From: Azolla caroliniana | Taxonomy: Eukaryota > Plantae > Polypodiophyta | Length of the DNA: 64,000 nucleotides | Reading direction: 5' to 3' | NCBI GenBank assembly: GCA_043228905.1 | Contig: JBHGNT010000015.1 | Location: forward strand, 186,001 to 250,000 | In this document: positions 45,274 through 59,165 of the stretch, one piece after another | Position numbering within the stretch: position 1 is the stretch's first letter | How the letters are laid out: every line of letters begins with the position of its first letter | Made by a program: the position numbers and the translations under genes | The notes under the pieces: model-generated | The model's database searches: none | The model's input: the letters and a program-made list of their open reading frames with translations, nothing else | What the model was told of the DNA's origin: nothing

Positions 45274-48200
45274 ATGGCTAGTCGTGTTGCTGTATCTCGC
45301 CGCCTCCTCCGGCCTCTCATCTATCCCCGCTCCCCCATTCAAGTAAGAATCATCCCTTCTTCTTCTTCTTCTTCTTCTTCTTCTTCTATTCCTACAGTTT
45401 CTGCTTGCTTACGCTGCGTCGTAGTCACGATGATATCTTGTTCATAGCGATGTTTGCAGTGCACGTATAATGAGGCTTGCAGCGTACTCTATTTTGAATT
45501 TCTGATCCATATATATATATATACACACACATAGAGTAGATTATATCTTAACTATATTTATTGCGTCTCTACCCGCGATAGTAAGTTCCGGAGTACTGGG
45601 ATTATTAATCATTTCAGGGGATGCATGGTGAGCAAGCTTGTGCAGCAAGCGAGCATGAACGAAACTCTACTGATTGTTTGAATCCCCCCTGTGGAAATAC
45701 GGGCCCACAGAATGAGAGTAAAATGAAAGAACTAAAGTTTTTCAATAATAAGTTTGGCGTGTGCCTGAAGGAAAACCGTGAAAGAACAAGAATTATAGAC
45801 CAAGGCACCGATGCAAGAAAGAAGCTCGTGAATGAGGGAGACGACTTAGGAATGCAGCCTATGGATCACACTTCTACATTATCCGAAGGAGAAGTGGAGA
45901 ATCTAGAGCAGAAAGATTTGTCTTTGACAAGGATGATTAACCCTACAGATCAAGCTTCTACTTCATCTTATCCACAATCTCCCTACAGAGAAGTGAATTC
46001 CTCTGAGCAGAAAGCCATAAATCTAGAAGAGAAGGAGAAGAAAGTCCTGGAAAAGTCAGTTTTTGAAATTGACAATGGTGTATTTACTAGTACACAGGTG
46101 ATTCATTACTGGCATAACAGTGCCCTTGCATTTCTAGTTTTCCTTTTGCGCCAAGTTCTATATTTTGATGTATTGTTTACAGACTACCACATCTTTCCAT
46201 TGCAACCTGAAAGGCAAAATAAATACTTCCACAGAGGATCCAAAGGCGGGCAAGGATGAGCTTGAAGACCAAATATTGGTAACTAAGGTATTGGTTTGTC
46301 TAGTGTTCCAGTATTCTTGCACTTGTTTATCAGATTCACCCATTTTTTGCATATTTTCTTCATATGGTAATTATGATGAACTTATGGTCTCATGAATATG
46401 GGTTCGCGAGAAACCCTCACGAATGTTTTTGTTGCTTGATGAATGGGCAATATAGAAGGCTCAATCTCAGTATCCTAATTTATGTATATTTAAGAGCTTA
46501 AGATTATAACATAACACGTGGTAGCCAATGGACCAGGTCAATAATGCGAATGCACACAAATGAAGCAATTAGACAAGTAATGAATGTGTTTATGATCCGC
46601 GAAAAGCTGAATCAATTGTCGAGCTCATCTAGTTTAATACAACAAAAGATCACTAAGATGCTAGCTGATAAGGTTGTGTTGTTATAGAAGGTACCATAAA
46701 CTTTGCATAGGAACAATATGCGAATCAAAAGGTTAGAAGTTACTATTGTGTGTTAAAAAGTGGTGTGCATGTAGCTCAAAGACTAGAACATTGGTAAAAA
46801 TATGTTGAAACTCATCAATGTTTGAACCTAGTAATACTTATGAGTAGAATATGTTCCAAAGAACATAAATAGCCTAAATACATTGGAAATGTTTTTGAGT
46901 CATAAACGAATTGAATAATTTGTAACAAGTAGTCATGTCATTCTATGATCAATCATTGAAGAGGCACATCGATCTCTACTCATATAGAACATAGATGAAT
47001 CATATATGTCTATTGAATTTCTATTATATACTTAAATCAACCTCAAAATACCTTCAGTAGTTCATAATTATCTGTAAGTGATGCATACACCACAAAGAGT
47101 TTTTAAGGTATGTTTGTGGGCTCGTTAAGCTAAAGTATGTAGAAAGGTGTAAGCAAAATTGAATTCATCAATATTTGCTTAAGTGTTACATATGTCTATG
47201 TGTCTTGCATTATCAGGTGGGGACAACATTCAACGTAAGCTCAGCTCCTCATCGGATAAGTATATAATTAAGCCAAAACAGACTCTTGCAATGCATGCAT
47301 TAATTTTTCTTGTGTTTTTTAAGTCATCTTGTGGGGATATTTAGTTATTGAGTTTACACATGCATGAGCTAAAAAGATTTTATTCTGTTGACAATAATAG
47401 AATTTCTTACCAAATTTCCAAGGGTATATTCACATCAGATTAATACATGAGCATACATATCTCTATGTTACCTCTTAGATTCTATTCAACCATATTGATC
47501 TAGTGTCTCACAACTCTGAATAGTAGAGCATAATAAGATGACTTGCCTGTCTAACTAAAAGATCAGATAGCAGTAGCAACTATTGAACACCAAGGTGAAG
47601 GGCAATGAGTATCATGAACAGGTAATTGCAAGCTTTAGCATCAATGACTAGCACATGCATCCAGCTGTTGATATTAATAATAAGTGTAAACATATGTGCC
47701 GATCATCTTGCAGTAGAGATGTGCTAGTAATGATCAATTTTAACCTCAGAACTGGGAGATATCTACTGGCAATTGTCAATTAAATGTATGTGTGAAGATC
47801 ACTAGTCATCAGGCAGAACCAAGCTGACTGCACACTGAAGCACGCTGGCCATGTGTGGCAAATACTGATTTGCTCAATCTTTTTTCTTGTAATTGAATTA
47901 TCCTAGCTGTAAGCTATTACACTATCCACACAAGTCCTTGGGTTTAAACTTCAAAGTTCAAATTTCACACATCCTTATATTTCTTCCTGATTTTCTAGAT
48001 TCAACTATAGACCGTAGGGGTTGAATGAATGACCTTCTAGCTCTGCTGGACAACGTTTCAAATTGGGCTACAACTGTCAGGCCCAAGAACTCTCTCGCTC
48101 TCTCTATTCATGCGCTCTGAGAATTTACAATCCGTGGTCTCATTGGAATTGCTTCAAATGTTACAGATATCAAGAACCAAGTGCTCAATTTGTATCCACT

Positions 48201-49512
48201 TTTTAGGAAAACCCACAAATTATTATCATTTTTAGGTATAAACTTTTGTTTAATATGCTATACCTTGGTTTGAGCCCTGGTTAAAACGTGCTAGAAAGTT
48301 AAAGTGGGTTACAAAGTTAAAAGTGATATGGAAATTATTGGATTTGAAAGGAGGATGGAAACTTCTAGAAGCTAGACGGAACTATCATTATTTTTGACCC
48401 TGCTATCCTCTCTACAGGAGTTCTGTATGCCCTGAAACTTTTAAACCTTAGCAATGGCATTTTGAGATTGATAACAAGTTCCCAAATGCATTCACTAATG
48501 TAGCTGCCTCCTTTCAATTTTCAAATAAACAAGTTATTCAAGTTCCCCATGGGGGATAACAGAAATGATTGAAATGACCAAATTATCTTTCCTATTGTAC
48601 ATCTAACCTCATCTGAAGGTTTTCCTGCCATGCCCTTGGCCCTATATAGCTCATAGATTGCAATCTGTCTCCCATGGACATTAAAAGATATCTATCTACC
48701 TATCCCACCTGTAATATGATTGTGTCACTAAGAAAAGATGTATTGACCTAAACAAATGTGGATTTCATCTGATGTATAATTTTTACATCCATTTCTAGCG
48801 TGACATGCTTTCGACGTCTCAATTTTTAATCATAATGTGTTGATTTTATGATGTGCAGCTGCGTCCACCTATGGAAATATATATAATTTTGGATTTGAAT
48901 GGGGTACTCATTAAAAGATGGGATAAAAATCCCTTGTTACCTGGCATTTTTAGAAAGACAAAGAAATGGATTCAGCTTCGGCCCGGGTGTATCGAATTCT
49001 TGGAGAAAGCATTCTCCTTTTTCCAGGTGGGCATTTGGTCAACAATGACAACTATAAATGTTCAAAGCATTTGTGCTCTTATAGAGCAAGAAGCACATAA
49101 AAGTCTGCCCTTTTTCATGATATGGGGCCAAGATTCATGCTATCAACATAGTGGCCTACATAGGCCTGATAAAGCTCATGTTGCGGCTGATTTCAAGCCC
49201 ATGTCACTGGTTTGGAAGAAATTTCCTCATCTAGGTTCCCATAATACTATTTTAGTGGATGACTCTCCATATAAGGCCTGCATGAATAATCCACACAATT
49301 GTATTTTTCCGGATGCCTTTGATGGCTGCATGGAGGACACATTCTTGACTGATGTGTTGTGGCCATATCTCGAGAGCATGCGGATGTCTTATGATATACA
49401 ATCTTTCATTTCAAATAACCGGCTAGGCCAACAACCAATAACAGTTGGCCATGAGTTGTATAACCATGTTAGGCGTGTAATGGAAAGAAATTGGATTAAG
49501 TTAGATATCTGA
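45274..49512 (+). CDS. FCP1/NIF-domain HAD-superfamily protein with a putative organellar presequence. Exons 45274-45342, 45618-46097, 46183-46287, possible microexon 47217-47234, 48859-49512
   Basis: The last exon has IILDLNGVL, LRPGCIEFL, VGIWST, WGQDSC and NTILVDDSPYK (NIF motifs). Upstream exons have phase-0 GT-AG junctions and an Arg-rich N-terminus, MASRVAVSRRLLRPL. Linking the 5' exons to the domain exon is an inference. Confidence 0.72.
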
Positions 49513-51391
49513 AGGAAGAGGCACATATTTGGTGCCATAATTGGAGAGGATTACCTTTCAACATTATACAGCTTACAACAATCTTATGCATTACAAACTA
49601 AATACTTTTGCACATCACATTTTAGAGGAGAAGGTCACTTTACTGCTATTTCTCTTTCGGATTTCATTATTGGAAGGGTTTCACAATGCTTGCTGCCGCA
49701 CCAAATTTCAGGATAGCCGAGAGGCCTTTGAATGAATAAAAATGTATGAAGGTTAAATTGGTGGTTACTAGAGCTGGTGAAACCAAAAGAATCATTGCCT
49801 CTGAAGATGTGGATTATCCCAATGTTAGGTCAAATGCCCTTAATGTTTTGGTTATTTGTGGAATACAAAGATACCCTGCTATAAATTAACCATGATTAAT
49901 TACGCAATTGAGCTGAAATTGAAGGGTTGCTATGAATTGCAATTTTATAAAGTTGTTTGGTGTCAAGCTTGGATGAAAATTACTTGGTAAACACAATGGC
50001 AATGACAAAGCCAGTTTTAAATCAATAAAAGGTATTATGAAAAGCTTTACAAACTTCTTTATCACACAAGGTAAATATGGGTATACCTAGTGTCGCATGA
50101 TATGAATGTGTTAATATAATTTGCCATGATGAATTTTGGAATAAAGAACTTTAACTTTTAAGTCCCTTCAAAAGATTGCTTTGTATGGTGATGAAATTGA
50201 TATTTTGATTGCGTGTCATTCATTGAAGTGGGAGCATGGAGTTTTTATGAACATAGGCTATTCTTAAGGCTGTGAGGGGGATCCAAAATGAAGGAAATAG
50301 TAAAAATGGAACCTTGCAAAAATTATTGTACTAATTAGGAATTACAATACCTATAATTGAACTACAAACATATCACGCGATTGAAACAATACTTTTATGT
50401 TTGACCTAATACTTTGACAACCTAGTAATGGTGGTAATTAGACTACGGGTAAAGATAGGATTGGTTAAACATGACAAATGAGTTGCATTGTTTAGTGCAT
50501 TAGAAATAGATATTCTAAAGATAGAATTAGACTTGACGCGTGACTCTAGAGTCAACGCCAATGGTGTAGACAAAATTGAGTCATAAATGCTCTCGACTAT
50601 CATCATATTGGAGGGAGTAAATAGGAGGAAGATAAGGGTGCTCTTTTAGCTTCTTATCTTGTGTGTCTTGTTAATAACCAACTTAATATCATATCATATA
50701 GTTACGCTAATGTCATGGAGGTGTATAGAGATAGTTGTATCAAGTTGTTGGATGCAAAAGGATATACTTAACCACGCTTAGAGCACTTGCACTTGTACAT
50801 GTTCTTGCGCTTGCACGCACCCATCCAGGCGCGCGCGCGCACCCACCCACACACAGTGATGGGCTTTTTCGCCGCCATGTGCTCAATATAGAGCTCCTAA
50901 ATTGCAATGCACAATAGAGGGCCATATCTTTTTCGTCACCAGAATATCAAAGAAATGATAGATTCTCTTTAGCCTGAGAAATATATCGAAGGAGCAATGT
51001 GGCATGTGGTGTTATTATGGTAGGCCTCATAGGGAGGAGGGGTTCATAATAATTTTTTGTTGGTTGGAGGTTCGCCGAAGACGTAATGAGCCCGATAGAT
51101 ACATATGTACATATTGTTGCCCACTAACGCTACATCTCTACATATACACACTAGTAGAAGTAGTGGTATGTGTGTACATAGTTGATTGCTATATGTACAT
51201 ATATGTACATATCGAATCAAGAGCTTCCTCCAATCTGATATGCACATAGTTAGTTAGTTGGCTTAGGGCTATATATCATATGTCCGTCTGTCCATAAACT
51301 CAAAAGCTTCTTCTTTCCTCCCAACTTCTAGCTACGGCTCTGTAGCCGCAGCCACCGACGAAGAAGAAGACACATACTCCCCCCCCCAAAA

Positions 51392-51426
<35 letters not shown>

Positions 51427-51501
51427 AATCTTTTTCTCTCCCCTGTAGGCTGTGTGACCTTCTTCCCCGTGCTGAGATTAATCTTAAGAGTTTTAACAAA
51501 A

Positions 51502-54500
51502 ATGGAAGAGAACTGCTTCTGCCCACCTGCCCTTGTATCGGAACAGTTCTTAGTGGAGCAATTGCTGGATACCAAGTTGCGCATTTCTGATCGATTCCGA
51601 GCGCTGTTCTCCCTTCGGAATTTGAAAGGCCAAGGTCCCCGTGAAGCCTTGATTTCTGGTATCCCTCTCTCTCTCCCTCTCTCGCCAAGTTGTTTAAAGT
51701 CTTTTTTCATGCTTCCGTACGTGTGATTTAAGAGTAAGAAGTCTCTGCCATGTCTAACCAAAATATGAAACATCCCGCACACTGAACATAATCGAACATT
51801 TCCCACTACATAACATCCATGGTGGGTGGACTATTTTGGACAAAGAACACACAGCATGGTTCAGCCACTCAGCTTGGTGACGTATAAGTGTTATACGTAT
51901 GGAAGACCAAGATTCACCTGTCAAGTTTTTCAGGAAATAGCGGTATCTTAGAGTGCCCGGGACCTATCTCCCTCTCCCTACCAAGAAATCATGGTCGACT
52001 CGACTCGACGGAAGAAGTGAAAACATGGAACACAACAAAAATCATGGTCGACTAGATGGAAGAAGTGAAAACAAGGAACACAACAATATTCGTCGTTTGA
52101 GTTTGATTAAAATCTGGATATTTATAAGAGCATCAGATAATCAAATTTCTGTGTTTCTTACAGACCTATCTCCTTCCCTAGGAAATGGCAGTTGAACGCA
52201 AAAGTGATAAACGTGGAACGGAACAACATTCGACTTTTTAGTTTGATGAATTCTAGACATCATATTGCAGAGTGTCTCTTATCAGATTATCACATTTTTC
52301 TGCCTGTTTAGGGACATACCTCCATACCTAGACTTGGTAGATCAAGAGAGAAGTCATGCTTCTCAGTGTAAACCACTGAATAAAACAAGGTTCAACTGTT
52401 CAGTTTGGTGAAACCTAGATATCGTCTAGTGTCCATTATCAAATTGTTATGTTTCATGCCACTTTTTCAGTCTACCTTGATGTGTTAATTTGAAAGGAAA
52501 ATGCTACTGTTAAGCTTCTAGGGGACATCCTTGGAATTGATAAGCAGGTTCAATTGTTCAGTTTGATGAAACCGTACGTTTATGTTTAATGCAGCAAGAT
52601 AATTTCGTTTCAAGTAATATTGGGTGAAATGTTTTTAAACACATCCTGATTCCTTGATGTCGTGGAATGAATTGTTCATTGAAGAATGTAAAAATCCCTC
52701 TGTCTTGCTTGATAGTGACCTGAGAGGCTCATCCTAGTTTTCATACGAGCATCACTTAGTGAGAAGGACTCTGCATTATGATCTCAAGCCTCATTATACT
52801 TTAGCCAAATAGGATGCGTACTTAAGGAACACGTTTTATTCAGTTGCATTAATTTACCCGTGGTTCCATAACTAATGTATATGTTCATATATCTGTTAGT
52901 AAGCTGAATAGACAAGGAATTAATTTAGTTGTAAAATAAAGTTGATGGCGTTTGATTTTCTAGCCCATGATGAGGTGAACAAATTCCAACCATAGAGAGA
53001 ATAGAATATTCAATACATGATTTGGCTAGATAAGATACTCTATACGTATGTCTTTCTCTGTATATAGGATACATACACTTGTGTTTCTGCCTGGTGAGTG
53101 TCTCATTGACGAATTTGCAGCAAGTTTTCCATCATTGATATCAACAACATAAGAAGCTTATCTAGACCTGTTAATGAAAGCAGAAAGGCAGAGGTATATG
53201 CACATTGCACATGCATGAAATATGTGGTAGATCAAGGCTAGCTAAGCCCTTATTCATCGGGCACCGTTCCAGTATTTCATTGTTAACTGCCCTTCTGACA
53301 CATTTGTATAAAAAATTCATCTCTATTTGTCTACAAAGAAGGTGCCAAATTTTTTTATAATGCATCACTTGATGTTTAAAATATTCTTTATTAGAATGCA
53401 TGAGCTGTTTTTTTTACTGCAGCTACAAGGGATTCATCAAACTTACTGGCACATGAAGCTGCTTTTGCACTTGGTCAAATGCAGGATGTTAATGCTGTTC
53501 CAGCTCTAAAACATATACTAGAAAACTTGACTACATATCATCCTATTGTTCGACATGAGGTGATATCTCTAAAATCTGTTTGATCTTGGAGTTATTATGT
53601 CCGTAAAATTGAATGATATGTTAAAATATCCTCAGCTAATTTCTGTCGCTCTAATATATCAGTCCAAGGTTTAGTTTTATGACACCACCATTTGATTATA
53701 TTATATCCAAGCAAAGTTCAAAGTTTTTAACATTGAAGATAATGTGACGGTTCTAACAATGTATATCTATCATGCAGGCTGCAGAAGCTCTTGGTGCAAT
53801 TGGAAAAAATGATTGTGTAGACATACTGCGGAGAGCATTAGAGGTAGATCCGGCTCAGGAGGTGAGGGAGACTTGTGAGTTGGCATTGAAGAAACTGGAA
53901 CAAGGACTTGAAGCTAATGCAGCCCAAGAGTCACGGTTTTTTACAGTAGATCCAGCTATGCCTGCACCAACAAGCACATCAGTGGCAGATCTGAGGTATC
54001 ATCGTGTGGCATTTAATCTTTTCTGATGGGTAATGATTCTAGTTTCCTATGCTTATATGTATTTCATCTGGAAGGAAGACCCTGCTTGATGAGAAAGAAG
54101 ACATGTATGAACGCTATGCTGCTTTATTTTCATTAAGAAATCGTGGAGGAAAAGAAGCTGTCAGAGCCATTATCAGTGCCTTAGGATGCCAGAGTGCACT
54201 CTTAAAACACGAGGTAATGTAAATAGTGAAAGCAATCATAACTTAAATGGTAGTGAAGGCAGTTCTGAATATTCGATGTCATCCTTGGTTCTGTTGCAAA
54301 TGTGGTTACTAGTGTTCTCTGTATTTGATGTAGATTGTATGTCAAAATCCTACATTCTCACTTGAGGGAGTTCAAAGTTATATTGCAAAATGATTGGTTT
54401 GTGGTTGCTCATCGTTTATGTTTGTTTCTGTCTGTGCACTATGATGTAGCCAAGAGTCATTGACAAAATATAGCCTTATGGATGGTTACTTTTCTTGATG

Positions 54501-55751
54501 CATTGACGAAATTGCAGTTTAATCTAGTGCTTTTTGGCTTTGTATTTCCTTTAATGTGGTCAAAGAATGGTCTTAGTAGGTGGTGTTCTTTGTTGGAAAA
54601 TCAAGCTCACAAGCTACGTTATTCTATAGAAAAATATTTCCCTTTTTCTTAACTGGTTTGCAAGGTTTCAAGAGTATGATCCACTTACAATTTTGCTGAA
54701 AATAATAAGTGCACTGCACAAAATCCTAGTGTGATATATATATATATATATATATCCTATGGTCTCTTTGCGGGTGATGACTCGGAGAAATTGTTTTTGG
54801 GTTTATTAAAATTTTAATATGCATAATATTCATTTCTAACTCTAGATTCACCTTTATGTTTTTAAAATTCTCTACACTCACATTTATGTTTTATGAACAT
54901 CAATTATCTCAGATTTTGGTCTCTTTTGTCTAGTCTAATGTCTATAGTATATGGTAATATGATATACTCATTATTTCAGGTAGCATATGTATTGGGTCAA
55001 CTTCAGGATAAAGAAGCAACCAGCGCCCTTACATCTACTCTGAAGAATATTAATGAACATCCGATGGTTCGACATGAAGCAGCTGAAGCATTAGGATCAA
55101 TTGCAGGTGAGGTTTGATTTCGGGCTAAGGAAATACGAGTCTTTATGTAGAAGGGCTATATTTGATAAAATTATTGCTAGCCATGGGTATCTGTGTAGTA
55201 TTTCTTAATATCCTTTTCAGTGAGATTTTGATTACCAAATATCTGCAGAAGGACTTCCTTAGGCACTTCACATTTTGAGTTCATGTCAAGTTCTTGAACT
55301 CATGAACTCGTCTCTAGGAGGGGAGTAATGATATATTCTATAAACATACAAGAAACAACATTCCAACAAGAATTATTATTCGATTTATCCATCTTGATTT
55401 ACTACGATAAATGTATTTAAATAAAAAATGCTTCCATATTTCTAAAAACACATCCGTAGGACAGTATGATTTCTGACCCAGTTATCGTGCAGATAGTGAA
55501 AGTCTTGCACTCTTGAGGCAACTTCAAAGTGATGTTGAACCCATTGTAGCTCAAAGTTGTGAGGTAGCATTGAGTATGTTGGATTTTGAACAAAATGGGA
55601 AGTCATTTGAGGTAACTTGCTGTAAACCATGCTCAAAATATTTGTACGTGAATATTGTATAGATATTTGCCTGTGCAGTATCCTGCGTTTACATATGATT
55701 CTGTTTTTTGAATTGCAGTATTTGTATCTGGAGAGGCCAAATGGTCATTAG
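51502..55751 (+). CDS. DOHH: Deoxyhypusine hydroxylase, 309 aa. Exons 51502-51658, 53423-53559, 53778-53995, 54075-54213, 54980-55106, 55493-55611, 55719-55751
   Basis: Hand-spliced exons total 930 nt in frame. HEAT-like repeats carry four HE iron-binding motifs ([42 protein letters not shown]), plus [10 protein letters not shown] and [10 protein letters not shown]. Confidence 0.95.
51960..52430. repeat. Degenerate tandem repeats in DOHH intron 1
   Basis: GAC(C/A)TA(T/C)CTCC..CCTA recurs near 51961, 52163 and 52313. TCATGGTCGACT..GGAAGAAGTGAAAACA.GGAACACAACAA is duplicated at 51989 and 52042. Confidence 0.6.
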
Positions 55752-56253
55752 CAATTTCAGGACTTCATAGTCGAAAATTCTGCAATATGAGGTTTTGAGA
55801 TATATGTTAAAATACTTGAAATACTATCACATTTTATCCTCAAAAGGTGTGAATTGAGAGCAGGACACTATGGTAGATGAATGATTAGCCATTCAAGGAT
55901 CTCCAGTCCTACTATTCGAATCAAATTAGTTAAATTTATTATCTTGTAGGTCTCTTTGAGATCTAAGTGGGCTTGCTGATTGTCAGCTATTAACAAGTTT
56001 ATATTATTCAATAAGAAGAAAAATATTATTTTGCATTCCTCAAACCTGTACCAACAGTTACCATTATTTTATATTTCTATTTGTGAACCAATGTTTGTTA
56101 TATCATATCTGTAACCTGTTTATCTTGTATGTACTTTATAGCATCATTGTTTGTGTGACTACTATTTGTTTACTAGCATCAACAATCTTTGAATGTTTGC
56201 CATTGACATCAAAGAGGTTTTAATGAAATCCATGATACAAAAGAGGAAATCAC

Positions 56254-56440
56254 GGTTGGGGGGAGGGTTGTGTATTGGGGTCCTTGAACCTTGCCACAGT
56301 TCGTGATTGCGTCACATTTCATTACTCAAGAACCTCGCTATGGTCCCCGAATCAAGGTTGGGGGAAGAGTCGTGTCTTGGGGTCCTTGAACCTTGGCACA
56401 GTTCGTGATTGCGTCATGTTCCACAACTCAAGAACGTTGC
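56254..56440. repeat. Tandem duplication of about 102 bp
   Basis: GGTTGGGGG..TTGGGGTCCTTGAACCTTG.CACAGTTCGTGATTGCGTCA..ACTCAAGAAC occurs at about 56254 and 56356. Confidence 0.85.
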
Positions 56441-56517
56441 TGAAATCTCCCACAAAAGATGCACTCACATTTTTCAGGATGTTAGTATGGGCCCGTCAAG
56501 TTAGGTTTGAAGCAATA

Positions 56518-56841
56518 GCTGCTCCGGTAGTTCGTGTGCACGCTGTATCCCCCTTCGGAATCCGATTCGTAGGCTGAAAAGGCTTCTGCCTCGTTTTCTC
56601 CGCTTGCCAGCGCCTCGAGGAGGCGTTCGGTTTCCCGGAGACTACTTAGTCTGCTTCCGTCGTCCTGGTCGCGAGTTTGCTGTAATCGAAGAGATTCCTC
56701 CGCGACTCTCCGGATCTCGTTGGAGAACGAACGATCCGAGCGAATTTCGTGCGCTGCTTGCTGGAAAGTCTCACGCCGTCTTTGCCGTTCGGCGAGGCGT
56801 CGAGCTCGGTCTGTAACCAGGTCGTGCGTTGGTCTCGTCAT
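56518..56841 (-). pseudogene. Truncated Gypsy gag N-terminus
   Basis: MTRPTHDLVTDRARRLAERQRRRE..YSVHTNYRSS closely matches the Gypsy-B gag start; homology stops abruptly at 56518. Confidence 0.9.
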
Positions 56842-57315
56842 CCATTATGCCGTCGTTCGCTGCGAGAAAGCAGGAATCGTGGTCGCCAAAACTGTGTTAT
56901 TCTCTGACCGGACAAGGCCTAACACAAGGTGTCACGGAGACACTTCACCAAAGGGTGGTTACGGCATAGGATTAAGATTCAACGATTACACCGACTTACG
57001 TAGGTTACACAATTAGATCGCTTTTGTTAATGACACGCGTAAGATATAACAGTAATTAAAGAACGGAAACCAAGACAGAAGTATAAACACCATAAGCTCT
57101 ATTAATTATCCGCTGTGATTACAATGGGGTCCGGGCCTTTAAATAGGTTTCCGGCCCGTAGTACAAAACGGTGCCTCTCGCACCTATTCGGGATCCGTCC
57201 GGATCTGGAACGGCATACCGTTTCCAGTCCGTCCGTCCACACTATGCTTATTTACAACCATACTTAATTAATTCCTTCACTCCGTATTTTGGACTCCTTG
57301 CCGGCCGGTAACACA

Positions 57316-57353
57316 TGGCACGCCCGTGGGACAGTACCTTGTACGTCGAACCC
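57316..57353 (-). other. tRNA-3'-end-like element (antisense PBS) at the PPT position of Gypsy-C
   Basis: On the minus strand, GGGTTCGA-cgtacaaggtact-GTCCCACGGGCGTGCCA, then TG, then the LTR. Confidence 0.8.
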
Positions 57354-57365
57354 TTCTCGGCCCCT

Positions 57366-59045
57366 TCATTGTTCACCCAAATTGTCCAAAATACTTTGTT
57401 CCAGAGTTTCCACTTGTTCTTCTGGTTGTGGTTGTTGCGGCTGTGCTTGCTGCTGCTGCTGTGGTTGCGGTTGGGACTGAGGCTGCTCCGGCTGCTCTAT
57501 AGGCGGCTGCTCCGTTTGTTTCTCTGACTCCGGCATCTCCGTTTGACTACTTCCGGTCTGGTCTCCTTCCAGTAACGGTTCCTCATCACTGAGGTTGACC
57601 GTAACCGGTTCTCGTGCTTTCTCTTCCCGGATCCGGGACCTCTCGTAGCTTTCAAACTGGATCTGCGCCTCCAGCCTGTCGTCGTCCAGCTGAGCTACAA
57701 GTTGCCGGACTTGCCCTAGTTGGTCCTCTGCCAAGGCTTGAAAGTCTTCGGCCAACTCATCTCTTATGCCGGTGAAGTCTTCAGAAGTCAGCATATAACA
57801 ATCATCTCCCTCCTTCCGCCGGTTCTCTACGTCGGCCCGGAGCAATTGGAGTTCTGCCGCGTTCGTGGCCCACTTGGTCCACCATTTGACGGAGCCGTTG
57901 TCAATCAAGCTCTTGGTCTGGTTCAACCAGGCCCGCATGATATCCTGGATGCGACTTGCTCCCATTTGCGCTCTACTTTCCACCACTTGTCGCTCCTCCT
58001 TCAACTGCTTGATGAGATTCGCCGTATCCTCCGCCTGCTCTCTGTAGCGCGTCAGCTGCCCTTGATATGTTGTCTGAGCCTCTGTAGTACCTCCGCCGCT
58101 CTTTCTTTTTCCGCCTGCTGTTGCCTGAGGAGCTCTGTCCGAACCTTCTCCGCCTCTTCCAACCGTCTTCTGGTTTCCGCTTGTTCATTAGCGTATGCCG
58201 TTGCGGTCCGATCAACTGCTTGCCGGAGCTCATCCGTCCGTTCCTTGTGCTCCGTTTGCAACCGTTTATACTCCCGGTGCAAGTGCTCAAATTCCTCCGT
58301 TTTTTGTTTGAGCTTGCCGTTGATCTGGCGATGGTTCCGGTCCTCCCGGTCCTTTACCTGCCGGAGTTCCTCTTTCAGGCGCTCTACTTCTGTTTCAGCG
58401 TTTCTCCGGAGTCTGTCCTTCTCTTGCAACATTTTCTCCTTTTCCTCCTTGAGCCGGTCGTACGCTTGGTGGCCTTTCCGTAAGCTCTCCTCAGCCCGGC
58501 GTAGATTCTCAGCAGTCTTTTTGAGTTCTGCCTCCGCTGCCGTCTTCAACTCTCTTTCGCGGCTCCTCAGCGCTTCTTGGGCAGCTAGCTCATCCTTTAA
58601 GTCCGCAAGCTCTTGGGCTTGTGCCGCATTTCTCTCCGGAACGGTTTCCGTTGCCGGGGTCTGATTGCTATGTACAGGTTGATCTGACGCTTTATTCTAT
58701 ACATTGCCCGTAGTCACCGGTGCTTGGACTTGTGTTGTCAAAGCCAATTGAGCCATTTCCCTTGTGACCCTGTCCAAGTCTTGTTCAAGGCTCCGGATTC
58801 TGGACCGGGCCGTCTCTAGATCTACGGTTGTGACGAGCAACCGTTCGTGGTGCGCTCTCTCCTCCGCCTCTATGTACTCGACCGCTCCGGCGATCTGCTC
58901 GCCTACCCACCGTAGCCACATGCTACTGGTGCCTTGCTGCTGTACTGGTCGGGTCGGCTCGTTCACTGTGGAATTGTCTGGCCTGAGTGCCTGTATCTGC
59001 CGTTCTGGTTCTTCTTGGCCGCCGTGTGTGCTGGCTGGGCTCGCC
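57366..59045 (-). pseudogene. Gypsy-C extra ORF, C-terminal coiled-coil half, disrupted
   Basis: ORFs 58697-59086, 58052-58549 and 57366-58004 align to the Gypsy-B extra ORF and end in LEQSILDNLGEQ*. Confidence 0.88.
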
Positions 59046-59130
59046 TGTTGGAGACAAAGTCGTCTATGCGGAAGATCGAGAAGCATTCGATTTCAGTTGA
59101 GTACCTGCGTATGACAGATTGTAGGTCGTT

Positions 59131-59165
<35 letters not shown>

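Larger units (their letters stand above)
56518..59045 (-). mobile_element. Gypsy-C, a rearranged or tandem copy of the Gypsy-B subfamily: extra-ORF 3' half, tRNA-like motif, one LTR (56895-57313), then PBS and truncated gag
   Basis: The LTR is homologous to the Gypsy-B LTR. Extra-ORF fragments span 57366-59045, the PBS is at 56879-56888 and the gag N-terminus runs 56841-56518. Confidence 0.9.

Noticed and set aside
57720-58664. 314-aa plus-strand ORF and the many other antisense ORFs inside retroelements (e.g. 12106-13092, 10401-11219)
   Set aside because: Shadow frames of GC-rich coding sequence, with no independent motifs.
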